Below are positions 1 through 12,998 of a DNA stretch of 64,000 bases, piece after piece. Source of the DNA: Octopus vulgaris (lineage: Eukaryota); contig OX597817.1 in the NCBI GenBank assembly GCA_951406725.2, forward strand, positions 19,778,001 through 19,842,000, written 5' to 3'. Position 1 is the first letter of the stretch. Each line of letters begins with the position of its first letter. The translations under genes and the position numbers were made by a program. A model generated the notes under the pieces. That model was not told the DNA's origin and did not search any database. It worked only from the letters and a program-made list of their open reading frames with translations.

Positions 1-474
1 TCTTGGTATAAAAGATGGGCTACAGCAAATATTCTGCTCAATACCACAGATTTGCTTGTCAGTTGTTTGACCTTAACCAGTTGAGCATGTCCCTTAGTGG
101 CTGACGATATGTGCATCTCTGATCACGAGCAGAAGTAGTGGGGGAGCATCATAGCCATGTGTTGAGAGGGATTCTTTGGGGTTTGAATAGTTCACCTCTG
201 GAAACATGGGTGGTTCTTTCAACATCCTTAAACAACCCTTATTCAGGGACCGTTATAGCGGGATGGGCTACTCAACCTGAAGAAAATTCTAACTGGGCCC
301 CACCTGCAAGGTCATGTGCTGTTTATCTTGATATGAGATCACCATGTCGCGCACATATGGTTGTGATGCATGTGCCTGGTGTACCTTTATCAGACGGGTA
401 GTCATGATGGGTATATTGGGCTTCGTATATTTTACCCCAGTGTCACTTTGATGGCATGAACTGCTCTCTCACTC
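1..474 (+). mobile_element. Non-coding ~555-bp retroposon-like repeat (family X), cut by the window start, with 3' (AAT)n tail
   Basis: Near-identical to 48881-49353; ends ...ctctctcactc followed by (AAT)n at 475-515. Confidence 0.75.
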
Positions 475-810
475 AATAATAATAATAATAATAACAACTA
501 TAATAATAATGATAAATAAAGAATATAAGTTTTAGGTTGAAGTGATGACTGTATGGTATCCTTATATATTTATATTAGTCCATCCATGAAACATGAGGTA
601 GAAAAAAGAAGTATGATCAACGAGGAGTTTATATATTAAGATGCGTTTTGAATTTTTCAATAAAAAGATTCTCCTTGTTAATTCTCTCCTGTGTGGTGAT
701 TCCGTCTTTACATTGATAGAAGGGGAATATGTAAAATTTGGGACTTTTGTCTTTAGCGCATGAGTCTATGTGGCCACTCAGTGGAATTTACCGACAAATT
801 CCACTGAGTG

Positions 811-858
<48 letters not shown>

Positions 859-860
859 AT

Positions 861-1375
861 ACAAAATGGGACAAAACATCCAGACAGGTGATAGAAAAAA
901 CTGACACCAAAACATCCAGAAACACGACACGAAGAAAACAGGGACGTGTGATTCGGAGTTTTCTTTCCTCAGTCGAGGTCCAGATTATCTTTGCAATTTC
1001 GGCTCGTTATTACTCGAGAATGCTCCAATCTGGCCATCCCAAGGAAAAACTAAGCTAAGAGCATTAGATTCCTTGGAAGAAAGCAGCGAATGCATACGGA
1101 AACAAGGCCGGAAAAAACGGAGAATGTTACACAAATACAAATAAGAGGACATAACAACAGATTTCTTTCGACTAAGGACGATTTAAATTAAAGTGGCATG
1201 TGTGGAAATAAATCCTTACAGCAGGGATACAAGATTTCACAGGTACAGGGAGGAATACAGATGTTGCACGGACGACGGCCAAAGCAAGAAAGAATGATCA
1301 GGCTTGGACGAACACCGGTCATGTGGGGAGAGAGGAGAGAGAAGTAGATGCAGAGGGCCAGAAGAATAAAATGCA
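861..1375. repeat. Unclassified interspersed repeat between (CA)/(TA) tracts, possibly a Penelope terminal-repeat fragment
   Basis: GC-richer block bounded by microsatellites. The minus strand has a degenerate ctgagga...tccgaa motif near 950-975. Confidence 0.3.
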
Positions 1376-1423
1376 CATATACACATATATATACACAGAG
1401 ACACGTCTACACATGTGTATGCC

Positions 1424-1427
<4 letters not shown>

Positions 1428-1469
<42 letters not shown>

Positions 1470-1602
1470 AGTACATAGTACATACATACATATATGCATG
1501 AGTATAGGCATGCACACGTGTACACATAGATACATACATACATACATACATACATACATACATACATACATACATACATACATACATACATACATACATA
1601 CA
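1428..1602. repeat. (TA)n and (TACA)n microsatellites
   Basis: Read directly. Confidence 0.95.
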
Positions 1603-3892
1603 TCATTAACTAACAGATACTTTCTCAGATGCAGCACGGAATTTTGTCAGTGAACAGGTAGCGGTCTCAAAGCGACAAAAATATCTTGGCAAATTAAATT
1701 TAAAAGTTGAAGTAAATGTTTTGTTTGTTTTTAAATGGCTTATAAACACCTTCCGCTCTGCAACAATTAAAGTAATAATATTTATTTATTATATTTCTGC
1801 CTAAATAAGAGAGATTTCAATTCTGAATAAAAGTATTTTTATATTTATGAAATAGCTTTTCAAAACATAATTTCTGAACGTTAGCATTCGAGGTTTCATC
1901 TAAAATCCAATCGTCTGCCGCACCTACTGAAGTAGTTTATGTTACGTTCTGTCAATTTAACTGTATACACATTTATCAATACGACTGCTTTAATGAAACA
2001 ATTTTCATCTAGAGCTCGCGTTAATGTTTTCCACTGTAAATATATCAGTTCGTTCAGATTTAGATCAACACATTAAAATGATAATTGATGACACATTTAG
2101 AAAATCTAAATTATCAGGTCTGAATAATTTCTAACTTCAAAATAATGTAAAATTTATGTTCAAAATAACCACGATTGAAGAAGGCAAGACATCATCGAAG
2201 CTCTTAACGATAGCATTATTAGCCTTAAGACTAGTACTATTGATTAATATTTATTGTCTCAAGTAAATGATTTTGGAAAATAAAGCAGGTGGAATTTTAA
2301 CACTCGTGAACAAATAAATGGAAGAGATGTATGGGCATTATCAAAAGCATGCCCATAATTCTTAGATGTTGGAAACTATAATTAATATGCAATAAGTATT
2401 TAGAGGACAAATATATTTAAGTAAAAATGCAGTTAATCTTACTGATTTACTTTCAAACCCTTAATAGAAATTTGGTAAAATGTTTGAAGAATTTTGAAGC
2501 CATATCCTATATAACAACTTCAGTTAGAATTACAATGAAAAAAAGAAAAGTTTACTATGAGTATATTCAAAACATTGTCCTTCATATTCTCTCCAAAATG
2601 GACATTACATTGAAACGTTTTTCTATATACAATTATAACAAAAAGATTATTATTAAAGAAATATCTTAAAACTAAAGTGGAAAATAATAGATAGTGATGC
2701 ATAACAATATGAAAGATTTCGGAAAAATAAGAGAATAATTGAATCGAATAGATACATATATTCACACAAAGAGTCATACACATATACGTGTAAATACCTT
2801 TTGATATGTATGGTTCATTGGGGTATTTGGATATGTTAACTTATTTTATAAAAGGAGTATTTGGGCTACCAACAGTTACAGAATTGCTGAAGATTTTATA
2901 CTATGAATCTTGAGTATTAGAGTACGAGGAAGTAAATAAAAACGCCAAAATAACAAGAAAATAATAAAATTATACTTAGCACTTCCAAAATACTATGGAG
3001 GTTTGGTTTCCCGTAAAAGTCCATTAAGAAAAACATTTGTTGTGTAGATATCAGGATGAAAAAACGTACCCTTGCCTTCAGAATTGTCAATCCGTAATTT
3101 GAAAGTGATCCTTACCCTAACATTAACCCTAACACAGATCAGGTCATTTCACAGGGTAGACTACACATACTGCACTAGACCGCACACTAAAGCAGCTTCG
3201 AAATTTCGTACGGCTGTTGCGATGCGGGCGAATCATCTGAAATTATGAATATTAAAGCATTATGGGACAACGAAGATAGAAAAATAAACTTCCGATAACA
3301 AAAGAATAAGCAAGACAAATACAGCAAGTAAGTAGAGACTGTTTCAAAATTAGTATAGCAGCAACTTACCTGAAAAGAGCTCTTCCTGCTACAATAATGA
3401 AGAAGAATTTCTTATAGATGTTGCGATGCATGGCAAATCGTCACAATTCATGAAATCTAAAACGTAGTTAAGCATTAAGAAAGTAAAGTGAACTTTCAAA
3501 TGAAGTACACAAACAGAACGACTTAATAAAGAAGCAGCTATTGCGGTAGAAAAGTAGAACGGGTGTGAGTTTATTTAGAAAACTTAAAACTGTTTTATTT
3601 AACATTATAATACAAATACAAAAACAAAATTAAACAGAATGTCTCCAACAAGTCTCGAATTATGACAATGTTAACTGTATAATATGGAACAAATGAAAGA
3701 GGTTTAAACGACGTATTCTATATAGTGATCATTTGAATAATAGCGCAGGTCTCAGACTACGAAGTTGTTTCACATTTATAGGTTGAAAGTAATCAATTTA
3801 CCTCACGATTTCGAAAATTACAAAGGAATACATCATTTACAAAATACACAATTGCATTTTACCATTATGCGAGGATTTTTAATAATGTCTTT

Positions 3893-3942
3893 TATTATTA
3901 TTATTATCATTATTATTATTATCATTATTATTATTATCAATA

Positions 3943-4012
<70 letters not shown>

Positions 4013-4055
4013 CAATATCATCATTATTATTATTATTATTATTATCATTATTATT

Positions 4056-4099
<44 letters not shown>

Positions 4100-4150
4100 T
4101 ATTATTATGTTTATTATTATCGTTATTGTTGTTGTAGTTTTTGTTCTTGT
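3893..4150. repeat. (ATT)n/(ATC)n microsatellite; tail of the adjacent minus-strand family X copy
   Basis: Read directly; abuts the 3' end of family X at 4156. Confidence 0.9.
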
Positions 4151-4155
4151 TATTA

Positions 4156-4295
4156 AGTGGGGGGCACAAAGCATGCCATCAAAGGAGACTTCAGTATACA
4201 TATATTTATATAGGAAGCCCAATATACCCATCATTGCCTACCCGTCTAATAAGTGTACACCAGACACATGCATTACAACCATATGTATGCGACAT
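4156..4295 (-). mobile_element. 5'-truncated diverged copy of family X
   Basis: catgccatcaaag...gaagcccaatatacccatcat...acaaccatatgt is the reverse complement of about 345-474. Confidence 0.7.
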
Positions 4296-4531
4296 ATGTA
4301 CGCAACACTATTTCAATGGTCAGTAGAATCAACGAATAAATTATAAAGTTAAAATCGTCATCCGAATAAATAGCTGAAATAAACTAGAATCATTACCCGA
4401 CACTTAAATGGGTACTCTATATTAAAATGTGTAATGAAATTAAGAAAAAATGTAATTTCAAAAAGTGAATTAAAAGTTTATGCTATTGACATGTGTTTCA
4501 AATAGATCGGGTATATTACCATATATTTCCA

Positions 4532-4537
<6 letters not shown>

Positions 4538-4617
<80 letters not shown>

Positions 4618-4890
4618 TTCGTCCCTCGGGTTCGAAGATGACCATTGACATCATTTGGTGGAATTGCTGCTATGAGACCGGAGGTGGCTGGTGAGGCCAA
4701 TCCGGGCAAGAAAGCCCCTCCCACAGGTGGGACAGAAGTGGGTAGGGGCTGTGCTATTGGTGCAGGTGGCTCTGGCTTTCCGCATCTGGCGTCTCTGTTT
4801 TGCTGACTGAATCTGTCTCTCCTCGGCTGTCTTTGCTCTTGTGGTGATTGCGCTGCGCCAGGATGAGCGGTCGGCAGCAAGTGTCTCCCA
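4538..4890 (-). mobile_element. RTE/BovB-type LINE 3' end with (ATT)n tail
   Basis: ORF 4651-4902(-) reads WETLAADRSSWRSAI...CPTCGRGFLARIGLTSHLRSH, the typical RTE C-terminus with a C2H2-like finger. Short 3' UTR, tail at 4538-4616, candidate TSD ccaatataa at 4529-4537 and 4888-4896. Confidence 0.85.
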
Positions 4891-5720
4891 ATATAACAGC
4901 AATATGATAGCATAATTAAGGAAAAATGTGTAAGTAATTCATAGCAATTTTACTGTATTAAATATTGACAAGTCAGTATTATTGTTTTACAACACAAATC
5001 CACACAACCACTGTTAGAATGAAGGATAAGATATAATATATTATTATTATAAGTGATCAACAATATAGGAGTTGCAAATCATCTACAATCATGTCCAATA
5101 TATAAAACTGAATATTTTCCCTTTAACATTCATATTGTCCCACGCCATCTGTCTCATAATTAATGTCAATCTTCAAGTCTATATCTGTAAGGCGTGAAAT
5201 ACCTGTGTTATCTAGCCCTAAAGTCAGAGACCAAAAAAATTATAGAGCTGAAGACAATTTTGAATCTCTGCAGCATTGAAGAGCCAGTGTACAGCATAGT
5301 CATTGCTACATTCTTCACCTGCTTAAACCATCAGAAATATCCATTGCATAGTTATAGAGGTCATTTCATGTTTTTAGCAAGTCCTATTCTCAGGACCATC
5401 ATTTGGAACGACATTGGTTGTCAACTTATACGCTAATAACAAGCCGGAAAAATATGGATTGGGATGCGGAATTTTATGTCGATGTTACTAATGAACAAAT
5501 AATGTGCATAGATATATTAGTAAATGGCAAGGTTAAGAGCAAAACAGGAAATGCCTTGGTGGCCGTCAGGATCGGTTCACAGTAAATCTTCAAGTAAAAT
5601 ATCCTTTGATTTCTGAATTTCTTACTGAAAAGGAAAGTAAATCACAAAGACACACATACACAAACACACACACACACAAAGACACACATACACACACACA
5701 TACACACACACATATACACT

Positions 5721-5771
<51 letters not shown>

Positions 5772-6999
5772 AGATAGATAGAGAAAGAGAGAGAAGGGGA
5801 GAGATAGAGAGATGTATTATCAGAATATTGAAAGAAAATATAAATGCATAAAACCTACGAAGGTATTACTACAAGATCTCAAGATATGTTACAAAATACA
5901 AAATTTTGAAATATGATCGTCTGTATCAGTTTGTATTTCCACAAGCTACGACTTATTCTGTTTTGTCTCTTCTAATAACCTTATGCCATGCATGCATGCG
6001 TGTATGTGTTTGTACACACACACACACACACATATATGTATGTATGCGTCGTGTGTGGGTGCATTTATATATATAGAGAGAATGAGAGTGTGGGGGAAGA
6101 GAGAGACAGACACAGAGACAGAGAAAGAGAGACAGAGAGACAGACAGATTGATTGAGATGCAGATACATACGTATCTCATAGCGATAAATTCATTTAACA
6201 TTATCATAACCTATATCAGTACGATATACGGCTTATTTTCACATTTAGCATTTGTACTGGAAAAATATGTCAGGTTTATCAATTAAAGTAAATTTGTTTG
6301 AACGTCTTTTTTTTTATAGGTCTTACTTTTTGTCAAGCTTATTGAGGGAAAAGAATAATTTCATGAGGAATAGAATCAGGCATCACAAATTCTACTTACT
6401 GAAGTGAACAAATAATTTTTATGCATTGTCTGCAATGCGTACGGTAATTTCATTAAGAAGAACATTCATTTCTAGCTGTCATTTGGAGCACATTCTCAGT
6501 CAATATTGAATTGGCAACTATGTCAGCTGTGCAATATGCTGACAAAGCAATATAAAAGAAGAAAACAGATAAGAATTGTTGTTAATATGCTGCAAGCACG
6601 GTACATAAGAATGAGCTGACCATAGGAATGTAGTACATGTCTGTCAAAACTGGCAATGAGATCAGGTCAGACAGGCTGCAATTTAATTGTAAAGGAAAGG
6701 AAGAGAAATGAGTGCGCCAACACATGTAGGCATGTGGAAACATTCTCAATAATTCTCTGCTCTAATAGACATGGAAGAGTTCTCAAAGCTATTCCCTACG
6801 AGCTTGTACCTTTACTAAATATATGCGCTTTTAGAAGGCACGATACCGTGGATTTATCTGAGATAAGATATCTTCATATATATATTAAACTCGTTTTCCA
6901 CCTTTTCTAAGTATTTTCTCAACACGCACACACAGACACACACACTATACACAGATATATACATTTATATATATAATTTCATATAAAAACATAAAGATA

Positions 7000-7407
7000 G
7001 GCGCAGGAGTGGCTGTGTGGTAAGGAGCTTGCTTACCAACTACATGGTTCCGGGTTCAGTCCCACTGCGTGGAATCTTGGGCAAGTGTCTTCTACTATAG
7101 CCTCAGGCCGACCAAAGCCTTGTGAGTGGATTTGGTAGACGGAAACTCAAAGAAGCCCGTCGTATATATGTATATATATATTGTGTGTGTGTATGTTTGT
7201 GTCTGTATTTGTCCCCCTAGCATTGCTTGACAACCGGCGCTGGTGTGTTTACATACCCGTCACTTAGCGGTTCGGCAAAGAGACAGATAGAATAAGTACT
7301 GGTCTTACAAAGAATACGTCCCTTGGTCGTTTTGCTCGACTAAAGGCGGCGCTCCATCATGGCCGCAGTCAAATGACTGAAACAAGTAAAAGAGAGTAAA
7401 AGAGTAA
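7000..7407 (+). mobile_element. tRNA-derived SINE family 1, full length
   Basis: Box A-like gtggctgtgtggtaag, box B-like gggttcagtccc, cttgggcaagt motif, tail gaaacaagtaaaagag. Other copies at 26725 and 33029. Confidence 0.9.
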
Positions 7408-7439
7408 TATAGATGCATATACATGCATACATACTAACT

Positions 7440-7985
7440 TTCTTTTGCTCGTAGGTTTCAACAAGTTAACATCGACTTCTCCTGTCTCTAGCAGTCGATT
7501 TTCTGAATTTACGCTCCAACGAATTATTCCACCGTCTAGACTTAAAAAAGCCCTCAATGTTGGTTTCCTTGTCCTGTTTTTATTCTTTATGTGTACTGTA
7601 ATTTTATTTGTATTGCTTTTACGTCCTGTTCTTGTCACTTTTTTTTCATTCCTTTTTTACCTCTCTGCAAAAGAATTTTATTTAATTCATTTTGCAGGAA
7701 GGATTGTTTCAGCCGGATCGTGTTCTGCCCTTACCTTCGAAACACGCATTGAGTCGAACCAGGGGCAGCTGATGAAGGGGAATATTCCTTGTATTGTTTG
7801 TCTTGTACCCTGTTGTTTTCGTTGTTAAAAAAAGTCCGTTTCCTTGTTTGTTTTTATGTTTTCGTTTCTTGTTGTGTTCTAAGTTTATTTGTGGTGTCCT
7901 GTACTCATATATATATGCATGCATATATACGTATAGATGTAGGTATGTACATATATGTATGTATGCATATGTTGTATTTGTTAAA
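7440..7985. repeat. Unclassified interspersed repeat, possibly Penelope-related
   Basis: Composition shift, T-rich tracts and ctgatgaagggg motif; ends in a (TA)n tract. Confidence 0.3.
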
Positions 7986-7988
7986 GTA

Positions 7989-8020
<32 letters not shown>

Positions 8021-8228
8021 CAACAGAAGTGAGGACCGAAATCTTTCAAAGTGATGTCAAACATCTAGTCCGCCGGTTCAGTTCAAGTAAAGAATATATA
8101 TATATATAAATATATATTCAATATATACATGAACAAGAAATGAAGTATAAGGAAAGAAAAAATTGTAGGTGTAGACGAACTTTAATTTATAATCTAGGTT
8201 GGTACTGAACCAATATACATTCTACAAT

Positions 8229-8855
8229 TGTTTCGGAGTCTAATTTAATCGAAAGAAAAAAACGACAAACATTACATGAAATAAAAATTAGGTACTTCGT
8301 CAAGAATTACATATTAGTATGATTAATTAAGACCAACGAAAATATACAGAGAAAAGTCATAGCCCAGACGGGAATGACCAAATAATAAGAGAATGAACGA
8401 TAAGTAAGTAGAAAGCCAGATATTCAAAACCAGAAAAGAATATATAATAAACCACTCCAGCGTTTTATTAACATTACAATTAACGATATCTAAATATCTA
8501 CAGAAGACATAAAGTCAATGAAACAAAAATTAACTATGAAAATAATAGGGTTATCTAAACAAAAATTAAAAATTAATAACTACAAGCCGATATTACGCAC
8601 ATATATGTAATAGATGTCCTAATTCAAACGAATATTATGAATAAAATATCATAGATAAAATAAAATAAAAGAAAAAAGAAAGGCAATTCTTTTCTTTACA
8701 AAATAGCCTTCTAGAAGTAAAACAGTAGAACGGAGAAAGAGTAGTATCAGTGGAGTGAGAGAAGAGAAAATAATAATAAAGTGACGAATAATATAATTTT
8801 TATTTCATGAATGGTTTCTCGTTTTTGTCTTTGGAATTAATTAGACTCCGAAACA
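8229..8855. repeat. Pair of ~74-bp inverted repeats (8229-8302 and 8782-8855), each with a hammerhead-like motif
   Basis: The reverse complement of the first arm (tgacgaagtacctaatttttatttcatg...aattagactccgaaaca) matches the second arm. Confidence 0.8.
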
Positions 8856-9235
8856 TATATTCGAATATATACTGTAAATATACATAAAGGAAAATTTTAA
8901 AATTCACTAGTTGTGACTGTTAATGATGTAAGAAGCTGACAGTTTATATATACACTGACAAGCCGCATCTTACAGCATTAAGAGTGTTTAACTCTTATTT
9001 ATGCTATATAGGTGCTTCGATACCCTCCGTCACAGATTTTGATGAAAAAAATTTCAGTTATGGTATTATATTGTGTCTAGCTATTTATGTTAATATTTAA
9101 CATACACGTTAGCATTTCACTAAATCAGCCATATTTGTTATGCTAAATATATATATATATATATAAAATAATCAAAAATAATCGATCCTAGAGACATTCA
9201 TGAGGTAGCTACGTCCCCTGTCGGTATATACAATT

Positions 9236-9326
<91 letters not shown>

Positions 9327-9994
9327 GCGCTTCATACAACATTAAGGGTTTCTAAATGATATTCTTTCAATATGGGTGCTTCGGTACACTCAGTCACAAT
9401 TAGTGACAATAAAATATTTCCTAAATATATATTAAATGATTGATAGGGAAGACAGACAATACTGCAAGCTTTATTTAACAGGACGATTATTTTTACATCT
9501 GCAATTCTTCCTAGTACTTGGGGAAGGATATAACGGAATCGACTGGACCTCACAGTGCAGAAGAAACCTCACATGTTACATAATACGCGATAGTGTTATA
9601 ATATGCATATTTCTCTACTGTGTAGCAGGATGATTTTTGTAGAATACGTGCGTTTATAGTGGTTCACAAATCCATAAATGAGACAGGATAACTGGTGTAT
9701 ATTCGGTGAATCGCAAAAGACCAAATACAACATAAATGAGAAGATCAGAATGGTTTTGGAATGAAAAATGTGCTAATTAAAGCTTACAGTACACATTGAC
9801 TTCCCTGTCCATCATTTAAAATATATTAAACGTGCACCGAGGATCTCCTTGTGTAGATCCTGCGACAAAAGTAACGCTCTGTAGCGCTAAGTGGCGAACG
9901 TGCTCTCAAAGCCCACTACTAGGAAAGTACCTATAAACATGGTTTGGATACTACCTTTTAAAGTCTACTATCTAAAATTTAATCTTAAATATAA

Positions 9995-10064
<70 letters not shown>

Positions 10065-10104
10065 TTATATATACATACAAATATATATATACATATATAT
10101 ACAA

Positions 10105-10138
<34 letters not shown>

Positions 10139-10143
<5 letters not shown>

Positions 10144-10335
10144 TAATCCAAACAAGAAAGCACAAAAAACAACAACGCGAGGACGTGGAACAAATATAGT
10201 ATTATTGGACGCTCAGGAAAGAAGGAAAGAAGGAGGGTTTAACGATTCGAGCGGAGCTCTTCGTCGGAAACATAGAAGGAAAGATCCAGAGAAGGGAAGA
10301 CAGGAAAAAAAATCGCCAACGGTACATACGGTGTA
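10139..10335 (-). mobile_element. Penelope-like terminal-repeat fragment with a degenerate minimal hammerhead (10237-10271)
   Basis: Minus strand reads gttt-CCGACGA-a-gag-ctccg-ctc-GAAT-cg-TT-aaac. Its end is shared with 58213-58262; embedded in (TA)n. Confidence 0.6.
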
Positions 10336-10419
10336 TATATATATATATACATATACACAATTCTATAGAATCATGACTACAATTGATATGTATACACTTG
10401 TATGAATGACTGATACCAA

Positions 10420-10690
10420 TTTTATTTCATTGCCGTTTTGTATGCCGAGAATTCGACAAGCTTCCACGATGGCAGCGAATATATCATTCATTGTTTTGTA
10501 ATCAGAAATTTTGCTGAAGCAGGTGGCAATTGGCATTGAATTGACAAGAGTTAGTCTCAAGAAAGTCAAAATGTCTCTATACTTATTGTGCGTCACTGGC
10601 CAACGACTATTGTCTCGCTGCGACATGTATAGTGTTCTTATCGCAAGAAATTTATGAATAGATATTGTCTCAGAAGATTCCACAGCATCT
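10420..10690 (-). pseudogene. Degenerate Helitron Rep/helicase fragment
   Basis: ORF 10363-10683(-) AIRTLYMS...LRLTLV..MPIATCF..YKTMN...VEACRILGI resembles the RepHel segment IGRLY.VSP...LRLLL..VPGATSF..LRTV...EAC..LGL. Confidence 0.45.
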
Positions 10691-11235
10691 CGTTTTCTGA
10701 TTTTGTGAATATATTAACTGTAATACAAAAATAGCACTATATATATACACCCATAAATATGTACCTATGTGTATTTGTGTGAGTACATTCCTTTGTACAT
10801 CTGTGAGTGTGCGAAAGGGAACGAATCCTTCATGCAGGATACTACATTTCCGGGGATGAGGCAGTTCTTCGAATCACTCATCGCATTCCAGGAACGTTGT
10901 TACGATTTTTAAGCGTCTGTGCCACTCGAAACTTTGCATAAAACCCATTACCTCGTTAACGTAAGCTGGTCGTAGTATGCTCAATGTATATGTAGCAGAC
11001 ATTCAAGTTTAATTTTTGTTCCTGTCTATGACAAAATTGTGGACTGCAGCATACAAGTGGTCACATAAATAAATATTTCACAACTTCCGAAGTAAACACA
11101 GTGATGTCACTCGACACACTACCTCATGAATGTCACTGCTAGCTTACACTGCCGCACGTAACCGCGTTGTGCTACCTTCTTGGAGAGCTAAAGAACTAGC
11201 CCGGGAAATTTTTGATACCATCTCGTATACATATT

Positions 11236-11999
11236 CATACATATAAGTGAGATGAACACTAAGTGTACATCCATTCTGCTAGAGGTAGACTCAGTATGGT
11301 CAGGCCACTAAGAAAAGATTGTTTCTTATTGGTCAGACCATATGAAGTCTACCTCTAGCATATGTATGTCCACTTAGTAGTCATCCCTCTTATATGCATG
11401 TAATATCATTTTTCTGAATCTTCACATTATTCAATTTGCTAGGCCACTGGTTTTAAATTAATATTAATCAAATTAATATTCAATTTTTCCCCTCATTATT
11501 TAAATTTAAATAACCATGTTCTCTAACCGGCAAAATTCATGCAGAGAATTGCTCTCTGCAGAATTATTTCCAGTATTTTGGCACGCCAAAACGAGGACTT
11601 TTGAAATATAACACCAAATATAATTGGTAGAACTATTTGCATGTTCAATCTCTTACGGACAACTCGTGTATTGTTCTGCAAATCATATTTTGCTATGACG
11701 AAGTGGTAACAATGAAACCGGGTTTGGATATTAATCTTTATGTTTTGAATCTTTTCATTTGTCTTGTTCGCTTACGTTCTGGCGTTTGCTAAATTTTCTT
11801 GAAAACAATCTTTTCTTAGTGGTCAGACCATATGGGGTCGACCTCTAGCATGATGGATGTCCACTTCGTGGTCATCCCACTTATATGTATGTAATATAAT
11901 TTTTCTGAATCTTCACATTTTTCAATTTGCTAGGCCACTGGTTTTTAAATTGATATTAATCAAATTAATATTCAATTTTTCACCCTTATTATTTCAACT
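11236..11999. repeat. Fold-back structure: left arm 11236-11315, right arm 11322-11400, second right arm 11801-11891; 11322-11506 is directly duplicated at 11812-11999
   Basis: Manual alignment of arms (tgctagaggtagac / gtctacctctagca) and of the shared downstream sequence. Confidence 0.85.
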
Positions 12000-12832
12000 T
12001 ATACATATATATTCATGTAGGTACGTCTATATATACACAAACATTAACACACGCACACACGCATATGTGAGTGTGTGCGTGTGTGTGTGTTCTTGCATAT
12101 CAACATTTACATGCTCATTTATGTATACATGTATATCTCCTGAAAACATACTGTGGGTAGTGCAATACTTGCTAATTAGACTTTCAGCATTTAAGTACTA
12201 CATATTTTTCAAGAAAGCAGTTTTTTAGAATAGTTTTTATACTAGCAATCCAGCTATTATATTCCAATTCTATAATTAACTGGTTTCGTACCCAATTTCT
12301 TCCACGACATAATTAACAAAATTTGGTTATTTGAGAATTTTACTGAAACTAAAAAAAAAAAAGAGAAAAAAGAAAAGAAACAAGAAACAAAACTTGCTGT
12401 CTCTTAGCATGTAGTGTTGGAGGCCGAACATTTATAATACAAAAACTAATGCTCTGGAGGAGCATGTGCATACCCGCGCATATCTCTAACGCAAATATAT
12501 TTTCAGAACTTCACATTAAAAATATTTTCTTTGTAATAGTGTTAGACACTGATAGTCTGTCATATGCCAGCTACCAGAAGTCGCTTCACCTATTCTTTTT
12601 AATAGTAGTGTTCTAAAAGAGATACTGATAGTAACTTTCGTACTTTTACTTTACGTATGCCTGCTTTGCACACATTCAGGATTCATAAAAATATTTCTTG
12701 TCTTTCAAATTCAGTTATTTATATGCGTAGACAATTCAGGTGTGATATAGACTTTTTCTGAATTTAATAACATACCAAATATCACCTTTGTTTGTTTCTT
12801 TCTTTGCTTCTATCTAGCTATATGTATATTTG

Positions 12833-12888
<56 letters not shown>

Positions 12889-12904
12889 CATATATATATA
12901 TATA

Positions 12905-12998
<94 letters not shown>

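Noticed and set aside
3113-3133. Telomeric-like accctaa repeats
   Set aside because: Only two imperfect units
3765-4346. Long ORFs rich in poly-I, N, Y/I, T, V or L (also at 9891, 12792, 20477, 24399, 27611, 33687, 38098, 46506, 50491, 61596)
   Set aside because: They are translations of microsatellites, not genes
6560-6700. Possible Helitron helicase C-terminus (SYGQL...ACS) on the minus strand
   Set aside because: Match too short and requires indels
7000-7075. tRNA gene at SINE heads (also 19030-19102, 26725, 33029)
   Set aside because: Each continues into a multi-copy SINE body and lacks a complete acceptor stem
7730-7795. Hammerhead built from ccttcGAAAC...gtc...CTGATGAagggg
   Set aside because: Stems I and III do not pair, and no GAAA follows the downstream hairpin
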